A DNA stretch of 62,691 nt, the filler included, from Sphacelaria rigidula (Eukaryota): assembly GCA_964200075.2 (NCBI GenBank). It is 9 parts of 9 records of this genome, joined end to end, with 100 filler letters (N's around TTAATTAATTAA, not from the genome) between each part and the next. Parts side by side here need not be neighbours in the genome. Positions count along the whole stretch, not along the records: positions 20,932 to 27,808 come from CAXNAA020017619.1; positions 27,909 to 34,785 come from CAXNAA020017620.1; positions 34,886 to 41,762 come from CAXNAA020017621.1; 6 more parts are not named here. One strand, 5' to 3'. The notes below the pieces were generated by a model that saw nothing but the letters and a program-made list of their open reading frames with translations, ran no database searches and was not told the origin of the DNA. The stretch's first letter is position 1. Each line of letters starts with the position of its first letter. Below, in pieces: positions 23,273-35,847 of the stretch. Made by a program: the position numbers and the translations under genes.

Positions 23273-26229
23273 CCTAATTTGTTTTCAGGCTCATGTCCCG
23301 CGACCCACCCACCCACCCTCAAAAGCCCCCAGAAGCGCAATATTTAGACATCATACCAAGATACAGCACATGCCCGCACACGGACAGCTAAACAGTACGG
23401 GTGTCAGTATGCATAACAGTATACCCTACCGAACGAGAGGCAGACGGCTTGCACATCATCTTCGGTAAAAGCATTTGCACAGCCTACACCTGCAGAGCTT
23501 TGGGAAGCAGAACGCCCACGTCCTCCGACGACCGTGCCTCGCGAAGGCAACGGGTTCCTCGGATTCTTGGAGGGAAAAGCACCGGGGGATGACAGGGAGC
23601 CAATGCGCCCTCCATTCGATAGCGCTTCAAAGTGAACGCCCCAGCGTCCAAGGTCTTGCCGAGTTCTCTTCGCTGCGTCAGCTGCGTCAAAGTTCGCGTC
23701 TACTGGATGGCGTCGCTTCACAGCAGTGCAAACAACTCTGCGTTTAATAAAGCAGCCCTTCCGACATTCCGCGCCCCATGGCCTGTGTCCCGCACCACTG
23801 CCCTCTCCTATCCTAGACTCATGCTTCTGTCGTACGAAGCTCTCCCCCTCTCCCACACCAGTACAACCTAACCTGCGGGCCAACAATAAGTGCGGTAGTG
23901 GGAGCGCAGCGAATAAGTATCCAGCAAAGAACTAATTTCATAAACTGCGGAGATGGCCATTCATTTTGAACGATATTTGGAGTTTGTTTCCTGAGACCCC
24001 GTGCGCTCATGGGCGACAGTCACCGCTCTGCACTGCGCAGGACGAAGAAACAGTTAATTTGTTCTCTTTTTCTCTACGCTACAAATTGATCGTCGTGAGC
24101 GTCAAATGGCCAGTGTTCACAGCGTAGATTTGATTAATTGATTGCCTCGCATTAAGTGATACCCGAGAGATACAGTCGTGGTCACCATCCACAAGATAGA
24201 CGTACCCAAGGTGAATACAACGGAAAGACAGACAGAGTAAACTGAGCAAAAAGGGCGGCGAACAAAACAGGGAAGGGACGGAAAGGAGATTAAGGAGTCG
24301 AGTAACCGGTCCCGACAAGAAACGAGAACGGAACATACGCAAAATCGGAAAACGGTAACATGGTGACGGCATTTCCGGAACGGTTACAAGTATGCAAGAG
24401 GCACGACTCGAGCCAAAGTTGCGCACTACACCGTGAATGTAGAGAAAAAAATATCTTTGAGCTTTCACGGCGAATACTGTTTCGTTTCCCAGCTGTCGTG
24501 ACATGAGAGATGATCTCTAAATGAAGCGAACCGCAACTCTTCCAGCGGTGGCTGCAGCCTGCGCGGCGCTTGCTGGCGGCGCCCGGTGGTTTCCGTCGCC
24601 GGCGGCCGCCGACAACACCATCAGCGGGGACTGCTTGCTGCAAAACCCAGGCGAGGGTATCTGAGGTGGCGATCGGCGCTGTAAGCTTCTGGGATGAACA
24701 TAACATTGGAGCACACGAGATAGACTTGTGCCAAGATCATAATTTGACGTTATACAACAAAAGCGGCTCCTTGAAGGGCGATGAAAGGCGGTGTCATACG
24801 AGCTGGGCCGCCTGAGAAGCTCACTTTCCTTCAGCTCTTTCTAACTGACGATGTATGGTGACTCATGCCTACTGTGGCACATCATGGTGATCGGCACATC
24901 AGCACGCGTCTTCAAATCTGTGTAGCACTGCAATCCGACAGGGTCTAATCAAACAAAATGCCAAACTGTAGTCAGGTGCCGAGGTGTAGAGAGTTGAGGA
25001 TACCATGTGCGGCGGAATTAGCCAAAAAAACGGCTGATATTGGATTCCGGTTACAGTGGGTTGTACCGCGTGGTGCCGCACAAGCTGCGATTGTTCAAGA
25101 ACACATGTCGCACTAGGTGCGCAGTCTCTGAGATGGCACGCAGACGAGCCCCCCAGCCCCCAGCGCGCCGGGGCTTCTGGTAGTAGTGTACGAACCAACG
25201 AGCAGTTTGTGAAGACGTCTGAGTCAAAAATAGAATAAGACGAGTCGATTTCGAGAGAATGATGTCATTCCCGCTCTCAATTTTGCGTCGTTTTCGATTA
25301 ACTTCTGACACGATGTACAGGACGTATGTGTGAAGACCCCTCCGTTCCTACCGTGTTCTTTTTTTGGTGAGTCATTGAAAACGGAACATTTCAGAAAAGT
25401 TTTCCGGAACAAAATTGCAAATAACTCACGAAGAAAGACAAAAAAAACAAGTGGGGATGGGGATGGTAAAAGGAGGTCGTCGCACATGTGTCTTGTACAT
25501 CGGGTCAAAATTTCATCGACAACAGCTTGAAATTAAACAGCATAATTGCGTTCAGAGTGTTCGTCGCGGGTCCAGCTCCACATACTATAGGAACCGGTTT
25601 TCGACAGAATGACGCGATTCCTGAGCATAATTTTGAGTCGGTTTCAATGAAATTTTGACATGATGCACAAGACTTATGTGTGACGACCCATTTTCACCTC
25701 CCCGTGTCTTTCCTTTTCTTCCCTCGTGAGTTATTGGCGAAAAAATAATTCAGAACAGTTTTCGGAACAAATTTGCCAATAACTCACGAACACACAACAA
25801 CAAAAAATACGGGGGTCACGGCGGGGTCTTCGCATATACGTCCCGTACATCATGGTAAAGTTAAATCGAAAAAGGCTCAAAATTAAGCTCAGGGTTCGCG
25901 TGTCAACATTCCTGTTCGCATCTTGGGCGGCCCAGCTCGTAGTACCGTACAGACTGCCCGATAGTTGAAAGCTGCACTGACTGCCAGTCATAACAACACA
26001 ACACAACCGTACGAAACAGTACAATATGTAGGCAGACACGGGACAGACACAACACCATTCATAGATTAATCGACCGCACACGGCAGTCGGCAATCGACAA
26101 TCGACAATCGGCAGTCGGGAGCGTAAATGGTAACACAGCCGGCGGCCGCAGCACACGAGCACGAATGTCGAAGACGCCGCGAGCTGCAACGACGTGAAAA
26201 CACACAACAAGCGTCTGGTGTGCTCACAA

Positions 26230-26465
26230 TCATTTGATTGAACGATGATTGATTCCTTGTCGCACTGCAACTGACCCCCCAGGGGTCATGATCCAGCCGT
26301 GGTCACATGATAGACCCAGCCAAGACGGAACAAAACTGAAACGCTCGCTGAAGAGAAGGAAAGAACAGAAAAAGTCGAACGGGACGACACAGCAGACTAC
26401 GACGCAGGAACAAAAAAATGAGTAAAAAGTCAAGAGAACAAAAAAAAAAGCACAAAAAGAAATGG
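26230..26465 (-). repeat. 3' end of a non-LTR element with an ATCA-type tail. Related copies at about 24128-24330, 55358-55530 and 55925-56160
   Basis: Shared catgat(a/g)gac...cccaagac(a/g)gaacaaaac(t/c)gaaac(a/g)ctcgct(g/c)aaga motif next to ttgattgatt repeats. Confidence 0.65.
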
Positions 26466-29400
26466 CCGGTCTACTGTAGAGCAATAACAGTACATTACAA
26501 CATAACGAACAAACGCCAGCTCAAAAGAGTATAAAACGTATCACGTGTCGCATGCCCAAGTTAGTCACGAAAAAACGAAGTAGAAACGCGATGTCTAGAA
26601 AAAAAAACATAAACAAAACACAGCGGACGGCGCCTGCGGTGGCACAGGTGCAAACAACAACGCGAAGCATAGGCAATGCGTCACAGGCACGGTACCAGGG
26701 TGTCTCCGACTTGACCTTGTGTCGCACCTTTTTGGGGAGCTGCACGCTACATTCAAGCGCTTCGACTCTCTTCTCTTCAACTGGCTGGACTCGTGGATCT
26801 AAAAGGCCATGAGTTTCAAAACTTGTCGAAGCAAGAATTTGTTTTACCCAAGACGAAGACCGGGGGAAAGCCACGGCGAGAAAAAATAGAATGCCGATGG
26901 AAGTAAAGAGAAAACGCATGCACCGCACCGCACCTCTTGAAAACATCCAACAGTACTCAACCTCCGAGACTCCAGTAAGCACTTCTTACGCAGTGTAACA
27001 ATTTCCGTCTTGACCCCAACCTACGTTTCGGCAAACCGCACAGGCGCAGTCGTACGCATTATTTGCCACTACGAAAAATATCTTCGCCTCGATAAGTTTG
27101 TGGTCAGCATTGGATCCATCGTTCAAACTTCATATCAACGGTTTTCAACTTCGTTCATTTCATCAAAATTAAATGCTGCTGTGCACAGGCATGAACACAT
27201 GGAGTCTTTACAACAAAAAACACGGGACGCAGGGTAGAGGTATTGTAAACGGGTAGCACATGGCACCTGTCAAGATAGACGAAGCTTCCCCTCTCCAGAT
27301 CCCCATGACTCGCCATTGGAGAAATCCCCGAAAGCTGCCTGTGTCACTCGGCACTTCTCATACTTCCCGCCGACCGTGTAAGGGAACGCTGGGTACTCGA
27401 GGGGCATTTCGGAACACTTCACATCCGCCTTGCACAGTCCACAGCAGGCACGGCAAACGAATAATAGAGACGCGACATAATGACGGCAGAGGCACATCGT
27501 CATTTTCCAGCAGCGAAATTTTCTCAACACTAGGTGGCCTGCACAAGTTAGCTTCGAGTTTGCGATGAGCTTTCCGCGTATCCAAAATGAACCTGCCCCC
27601 AGTGTTGGGCTACATCAAGACGGCTCCAGTTAGTCGGACACTCTCTACATGTACGCTAGCAAAAACTGTGGAAACCAAAGCGGAGAACGGATAACTGGAG
27701 CAGGCAAGAGAGTGAGGGGGGGGGGGGGGGGGGAGGGGGGGGAGAGAAAAGAAAGTGGAGGGGGGGGGGGGGGAGGCACGGACGGGACACCCCACAGGCA
27801 CACGCAACNNNNNNNNNNNNNNNNNNNNNNNNNNNNNNNNNNNNNNNNNNNNTTAATTAATTAANNNNNNNNNNNNNNNNNNNNNNNNNNNNNNNNNNNN
27901 NNNNNNNNAAAAAAAACGGACTTCGAGTTTTAGATAGTGCCCTCCAGAACATGTGTGCAAATTTTCGTGGTTCAATTCGAAAAAACGGCGTGAGAAAATG
28001 CCAAAACGTGCGCTGAAGTCTGCGTGCCCCCCTAATTACTTGATTGAAGTAGATAATCGCCCTTTTTGAGGGTTGTTTTTACGGTAAAAGACCCAGCCGA
28101 TTCAGTTTTTCGAGTTGAGCAACGAGAATTGATACACATGTTCCTTGGAATACCATTAACCCTAAGGTGTCAATTTTTTGGTTTTGAGGCATCTTGTACC
28201 GGTTTCCGGGGGTCTTTATGCTGGGACCCCCGGAAACCGGTATAGAACGGAGAAACGTTGAAATCTTGCCAAGAGTGCAATTTTTTCATTTGGAGCATCA
28301 ATACCTACGGAACGGCTAAGTTTGAGGACGATCTGAGCTTTTCTGCAACAGATGAAGGGAAATCATCACGAGGGTCCGTGGATCTTTCGTACGTGTCATG
28401 AATGGAAATTAAACGACGCCAAAGCTCCACATCACCGAAACATTGCGGTTTCGGGCAAAATTCGACCTCGTTGGAACCGTTTTCAACTCTATTTCTCCCG
28501 TCAGATTCCCAGGCTGATGACGGTTACTACGATTTGAACCATGTGGAGATTCGGGTGAATTTGGACTTGGAATTCGTGTTTTCAATTTCGGAATAATTTG
28601 AAGGGCGCTGATTGTTCGGGACATATTTTTGACCATAGCGCCACCTCTATAGCCTTAAACAAAAATATAGCTATGTCACCAATTCTGTCTGTTCATTGCG
28701 GTCAGTATCATACCACATTTGTGCATATTGGCTCGGTATTGCGTTCATCAGCCGGGGAATACATTTTGGGTTTTCAATCTGAACCAGCTTGTAATGGTCA
28801 TCAGCTCGGAAATATAACTTTTTTTTTTAACTGTTACTATGGGATCGAATATTACCACAAACCGTAGTATTTCTAGGCTTTTGCTTTTTGTGCGTGCATA
28901 TAATTTCGCATAAAACGAGGTTTTGCCCATTACCTTATGCGTTTTTGAAAAACATACGTTTTTGAAGATTTCGGCTTAACAAAGGCATAGAAGCTAAGTT
29001 TAACGCATGGCGTGGCGCGTATAGTACTCCAACGGGATTATACACCCCATGTCGAGCAGCTAGTAGTTCCTCACGGGTGCTCCGTGTGGCGTGGCTCGTC
29101 AAGTCGTGGCGTTTGTGTTCGTAGTTTATTTTGTTGAACTCTGTTGCGGGTCTGACATCAGTTTGTGCTGTATGTAAACTACTTCATGTTTATGTGAAAC
29201 TGAGGAAAAAAAATAATGTGTCATGTTTCGCATCAGACCTAGGCTTTTGCTTTTTATGCGCATTTTGTTCTTCATGGTGGAAGGTACGTTCCATGAGGGG
29301 TGCCGCCAGGAACCGCCTCAAGAAGGATGCGAAAAAGGCGCATAAGTCGCGCATATTTCACCAAAATACGCATGAATCGGCGCATAATTTTCACCTTCGA

Positions 29401-30041
29401 GCATGAAATAAATAAATAAAACGCATAAAAAAAAATGGGAATAACAAGCAAAAACCTAGGTATTTCGGGGATGTGCAGTTTTGGCGTCGTCGGATTTCCA
29501 CTGATGGTATCCAACAAAGACCCGGAAAGCCTCCTCACGTTTTACCTTACATCTGTGCTGCGGGAAATCCTCCCGTCCTCAAACTTGGCAGTTCGGTAGG
29601 TGTTATGTGTTCCAAATGAGAAATATATATTGTTGAGAAATATTTCAAATTTTCTCCGCCCGTTACCGGCCTCCGGGGGTCTTCACGCCGGGACCCCCGG
29701 AAGCCGGTGAAGGATGCCTCAAAATAAAAAGTGGGAAACGTACGCCTCCTGGGGGAGCCCAAGGGACATTTGTGCAAGGTTTCTTTGCGTGACTCGAAAC
29801 ACTGATGCTATACGAGCTGGGCCAGCTGACATTGATTTTTTCATGAAGAATGGCGATGCGAGTGGTAATTCGAAGAGTTAGGCGCTAAAAGTTTGACACA
29901 ACATTTGTACCATCAACCCGCGCAACCCTGTTGGGGGTGTAGAGCAAAACAAAGAAATGCCAGGAGGTCAACTCGCGTTGGAGTTTCAGTAGAGACAGGA
30001 AAGATGCTATAACTCCATGAAAATAAACGTAACTCCATTAA

Positions 30042-30077
30042 TATATATATATATATCCATGAAAATATGTGACTCCA

Positions 30078-30111
<34 letters not shown>
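30042..30111. repeat. (TA)n microsatellites in a short duplicated unit
   Basis: actccat(t/g)aatatatat... repeated. Confidence 0.9.
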
Positions 30112-30114
<3 letters not shown>

Positions 30115-30761
30115 GGCTGCACACCAGACAACATTGTGGGCACTCGCGTCCAGGACATCATGGTAAAGTTCTGGCCAAAAATACCTCAAATTGGGCGCCG
30201 TATCGCACTCTTGGGTGACACGGCTGCGCCCCTTTAATCTAAGTGATACAGGAGACTCCAGTTGTGGACGGTATGAGTTCGAATCCCGACATATCCTCTT
30301 TTTTTCGTCTGTCGCTAAGGTCATATATTGTGCAGTACATTATTTTTCATTTTTTTCTTTATTCAGCGGCGGTGCCGTGTGTTACCAGGTTGGTCTGCAC
30401 TTCACAGCAATATGCTCAAGTCGCGGTGCTGTAGGAAAGTTGAGAAGTTGAGGTGTAGAAAGCGAATGCGGGATTTCCTTCTGGCCCAGCTCGTAGACTT
30501 CACTTAATCGCACAAAGGCTCGAACACTCACGCCGATGCTTAAAGTTAGGCGCTGAACATCTTCACGCATATGCTCTAGGACATTGAAAAACTTTCAAGG
30601 AACGGTGTTTATTATTTTCATGCTCATTTCGCGGGTTATCGGGGGTCCCAGAAGGGCATGTAGAGGGCGTGCGACACCCCAGGATCCTGGGACCCCCAAT
30701 AACCGACACAAAAAAATGATAAAAGCACCGTTCTTCGAAAGTTTTTTAATGCCCCATATTC

Positions 30762-31712
30762 GGCCGCTTCTTACAGACTGAAAAAAGTCACTGAAAAAAG
30801 TCGTTCTGGTCAGTTTCCAGAGACTTTTTTCAGAACACGACCTTATAGGGCCATTTTTCATGAAGGAAATATTTGGAAACTGACGGTCGTTTCTAAACAG
30901 CGCGGTTCTTCTGCACCCCCTTGGGTAAAGCCACGGACTCACAGACTTTTCTCTGTCTGGAAATTGATGTTCCATCACACACTCCTCGCATACAAGTGTA
31001 GTACAGTCAGTGCAAAAGTAGCTGTGCATGTTGTATGTACAGTGCCGTTTCAACAGCATAGCTGCTGCAGCACTCCGTGCATCCCCTTCTCGACCGTATG
31101 GCCGGGAACAGACGGTACAGACAGTACAGTGTTTATTTGCCGGCAGCGTTACTACCGTAATATAGCACGATGTCGCCCCTGCTGGCTGTATTGACTGCTC
31201 GTATCGTTTCATGCTCGTCGTGCCCGCCACCGATTGCGAACTCTGTGGAATTCTGTGTACTGAGACGGTTGCTACCGCACTACTGACTCTCACAAGAGTT
31301 CGTTGTGTGCGGTATGGTACAAACCGACTGCTGCACATTGCACCATTTGCGACACTACTACTGTACCAAGCGGCGGTCGGCTGATGTAAGGGTTAATACG
31401 CCGGTCATTTCGATCCCCGTTATACCAGTAGCTACTGTGTGTGTGCGCGTGTGTGTGTTCCCATCCCATTTATCGTTTACCTGGAGGGGATTATGTACGT
31501 GCCAGTTTACCGCAGGTCACACAAGTACAAGATGCAAATGATGGCTACTACCACCGTCTGCCTGTGATGGCTTCGGGTGTACAAATCCCCAGGATTTTTT
31601 CACAGGCTAAAATGTGGGGTTTTGAAAACTGACTCGTCTGAAAAAAGTCACCGAGAAAAGTCGTCCGCCCGAACTTTTTTCAGTGGCTTTCTTCAGTCTA
31701 TAAGAAGCGGCC
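30762..31712. mobile_element. Non-autonomous TIR element (Harbinger-like GGCC ends) carrying a B-box-like fragment; homolog at 56856-58241
   Basis: TIRs ggccgcttctta(c/t)agactgaa(a/g)aaag(t/c)cactgaaaaaagt. The internal about 900 bp is collinear (inverted) with contig 9. Confidence 0.8.
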
Positions 31713-34364
31713 TTGATGGTTCATGTGTGCAAAATTTCAGAGTCCAACTCGGAGAAACGGTGTTAGCATTTGCGGATGGATGGAAGTCGGGACATCAGCG
31801 TGAACCAGCCTGTAGCGTGATTTGATTGGGCTGTAAACCGTAAACCCGACACGGAGTACTGATTAAACGTACAGTACAAAGTACTGCGGTGTACCCTTGT
31901 GCAGTTTACACTCGACTCTTGTTTGCGATGTTGCTTTTACGGGGAAATGGAGGTCGAGCACGTTCTGGCTAGCATCTCACGAATCACACTTCCCCGTCTG
32001 CTTGCTCACGTCATGATTAGGTGCTGTGCGCGGGGGTCGTTCGTGCATCGTCCTTCTTCTACACTTGGAAATTCTACCGAATTGCGGCTCAGGAGAGGCA
32101 GAGCACGAAAAACAAGGATGATTGACACGTGCTATACCGGCAGAGCACGGCGGACGTGATACACCACAATACAAACTTCCGGCTCGTCGAACGGTGTTTT
32201 GGTATCCCTCACCTCCACCACCTTGACCGTTAGGGTCATGTGCCATGCTCTCTAATGCCGCCACGTCGCCGGCATCTGGCGTGGTCAGTAGTAGTTTACG
32301 CGGCATTTGTTGTAACATGCATTTGTATGTGTCGGCGTAATGTCTGTCGAATATATTCCTAGAGTGTTCCTGTCGGAGGTATCTGCTAGTAGTATGTTTT
32401 TTTTTTGTGAATGTATAAATATTTGGTCGATATGCTTCCGCTGTCCTACTGTGGTACAATTGCATGCACATCTATGGTACGAAATAGTGTGCACCTGAAG
32501 ACGCGATGATGCAGGGGAACTGCTCTTCACCCTCCTAGCATCTAGGCGACGTTTTTGCAAGGCAAGATATTCCGTCTGTTCTTGTTGGAGTGCTTGGGTG
32601 TTTTTTTCATATCGTGGCTCAAATATCTCAGAGCAGTAACACTCGGTTGCAAGTATATGGTCCTCCAGCTGTACTGATCGCTGTATGGCGCGGTGCGGCC
32701 GGGTGCGATGTAGTGAGTTGGCAGGAGTGGAGGTTATACCATTCTGTTGATTGACTGATCGTCGCTCTTTTGCTGATACAGTTAACGCTGATGGAGATGG
32801 CAAGCGCCACGTGGTATCACTTCTTGATGGGAATGGGTCTGTTTTTCTTGGATAGAGTATTTTCGGGATCTTTGACGGGGGTTTGGGCCCCACAACAGAA
32901 AAGGTCGCCGCCACATGTGCCGACTGCCTTCACTGACTGGGATGGCTTCCCGATTCCCTACTATATGGGCAACTAGGTTTCCCCAGGGATTGCTTTTCCA
33001 AAAATCTTTCTGGACAAACGAGAGGAAAGAGAGTGTCAGTTTTTGATTATGCGAAAAGTCCACGTCGTCTTCGCATACTTCCCGGTTCGATCGAAACAGC
33101 CGCTTTCCTCCAAAAATTGGCAGTCTATAAAACCTTGGAGTGTGTCGAATAAAAAAGTGAGCTACTGGTAGGAGACTCCTCATTGACGGTGATTTGATGC
33201 AAGTATATTGAACTAAAAAAATAGATCCTTAAGTATGCCTGTTAAAGTCGACGCTTGACTCACGCAGGACCACACTGTAATCGTTGTGTGGTGGGGCCAA
33301 AATGCTAAAGTCGCCGTCAGTTTCTACTTTCTGTACAGTATTGATGTTTGATATATGGATATACCCTCCCCCATAAAAAGACACATTTATTTTCAAATGT
33401 TGATGGCGAAAAAATTGTTCTGAGAAAGGGCCGGGAAATCTTCAATCATTTCGCTGAAAAATTGATCATAACGATACATGTATTATCAGCGAGTAAGATT
33501 TTCCCAGGGGGGGGGGGGGGGCTGGTAGCTTCTCTCACAACCGTTACACACAGACTACATCGTCTTTCCCTTCTCCAAAATATATAATCCAGCCAACAAT
33601 CCAACCATCCATCCTCAAACAATCTTTCATTAATTAATTATTTGTTGGGAGTACTTTCATATGGCTGATAGAGGAGATGACAATCGGAGGTTTACTGACG
33701 AAAACACTATTACTGCTTGCGGCATTTACGCCTTTTAAATGTAAATACTCGTTCTGCGGAAGACCCTCCCCAGTTTGGCAGCAGCGTTTGTGTGATGAAA
33801 AAGTGGCCGTGCAGCTCATGGAGATGATGTCTGGTTTCAGAAACTAGGTCTCACAATTTATCATGAAGGGTGGATGCAAATGGCTGATTGCACGAATGGA
33901 CAGAGTTTATTGGAAGAATGCACAGCCAGCACGAACAACACCATGCTTGTAAGCACCTCATGTTTTCAAGGTGCCTCGGTACCTACTAAACCTTTCTGGG
34001 TGGGGCTACCGTGGTACGAGTGTGTTCGAATGATCAGTTTTTCGAGAGTTCCCCATCGGGGCGCGAACGATGTGAAGTGTGACCACGCCACCTACGTCGG
34101 TAGTATGACGGCAGCGGTTCACGCCATGCCCCAGGAATACATGGTGTGTTCTGCTTCAGCGTATAACAACAGTAGTGCGTGTGTCGGTATGTCGTACAAG
34201 AGAGCTGACTCCGATCAATAATTGCAATAGCTATTATGGTGATGTCATACCCGGGGGTTGAGAGACATGTATGAGTAGCGCAGCGACGTGTGAACACATT
34301 GAAGAATCGGCACATCGACCGATGATACAGGATTGTATCAGGGCCTTTGTATTCGTACATTATT

Positions 34365-34710
34365 GTGTGTGTTGTCTCTATTATGGACGCCAGTCTACAC
34401 CTTTCGGTATAATGTGGGAGCGCATCATCAGCCGGGGTCATACTCGAGGAAGGCCAACATGGGAGTTATTTCTTCTTTTGTTTTGGTACTCCACCTTCTT
34501 CTGCGGTGCTTGCCTTTTTTCTATCGCGGGGGGTTTCAGCAGCCCCTTTACCTCATCGATCGTGTAGTCGAATTTTTTGTACCCACGACATGATCGCTCT
34601 CCACTCTTGGGCATTGTGAGAGGAAAAATCCCAGATCGTGTGATGATGACTGCACCGAGATTCGAACCCACGACACAACCGTCAGAAGAAGGTCTTCAGG
34701 TTACCAACTA
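34365..34710 (-). mobile_element. tRNA-derived SINE, near full-length
   Basis: Family core plus B box (rc of gagattcgaacccacg); head truncated within the A box. Confidence 0.85.
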
Positions 34711-35363
34711 ACAGCCGATCCTAATTTTTGGGGTTGAAACATAAAATAAGGATGAAGTCCCATTCCTCCATTGCAGGGAAGATACNNNNNNNNNNNNNNN
34801 NNNNNNNNNNNNNNNNNNNNNNNNNNNNNTTAATTAATTAANNNNNNNNNNNNNNNNNNNNNNNNNNNNNNNNNNNNNNNNNNNNGTGCTTTCGCGTATA
34901 CGCTTTGGGGGCACGGAAGACGGGCAACCCCCGAAATAGTTTTCAGGAGGTCGGGGGACATGAGGTCGTCCATGTGAAATTCATTGGTCATGACTTTAGA
35001 GAAAGCACTGTTTTCGAGTTGAAACTCATTAAAATGTTGAACCTCAATAACGAATCCAGGCTGTTACAGGCCGCATAAAACTCCGGCATGCAATCTTCCT
35101 CGTCGGCCGCACCATCCTGTCGGCCTTGTAGATGCGGTTGCTGCGCTCGCCCAGCCGCGGGTGCCTCCGAAGGAACAATTCGAGCCATTTTCGACCTCGA
35201 CCTACCGTTTGGTCCTATGGGCATCGGTCGGTTGTCGCTGTAGAGTGCCATAACCGCCTGTTTCAGGCCATCTCTATCCAGACCCGTTGACGAGCTGCGG
35301 CAAATTTCAGCATATCTTCGATGGAATTTTCTTCCGACATCGACAGTACAGTACCCGGGCCAA

Positions 35364-35816
35364 AACACGGGATCTTACAAATTGGGGATGTATCCTTTAT
35401 TGGGGATGAGAAACCCGGAGAATTAACATTTTCGTATCCACACCAAATCTTCGAAATATGGTTTTATTTCTTCACCTGCTAGTAATAGCTATTGACAACC
35501 GCTACACGCCATAAAAATTTGGGTTTCGACCACCGAAATGTTGCGGTCCTAGGTGAAAAAACAATTTCGGAACCATTTTGGCGTCCGTTCAGACACCCGG
35601 AATTCCCCAACATTGGTTTTTCACGTGGAATAAAAAAATAGCGATGATCGAAATCCAAATTCCTATGGCGTGAAGCAGTTGTCAATAGCTATCAGTAGGT
35701 GAAGAAATGGAACCATGTTCCGAAGATTCGGTGTAGATACGAATATCTTTATTCTCCGGGTTTATCATCCCCAACAAAAAAAGATCAATAATTCCCAATT
35801 TGTAAGATCCCGTGTT
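35364..35816. mobile_element. Foldback MITE, 453 bp, 4-bp TSD CCAA
   Basis: CCAA-aacacgggatcttacaaattggg...cccaatttgtaagatcccgtgtt-CCAA; inverted arms extend about 150 bp; related fragment at about 37300-37375. Confidence 0.88.
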
Positions 35817-35847
35817 CCAACCCTGCCAGCTATGCCCACGCTACCAC

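Noticed and set aside
30190..30306. Pol III gene/tRNA (gagttcgaatccc followed by a T run)
   Set aside because: B box only; no convincing A box or cloverleaf; single copy here
32285..32914. 209-aa minus ORF
   Set aside because: Low-information composition; no recognisable homology or splice structure
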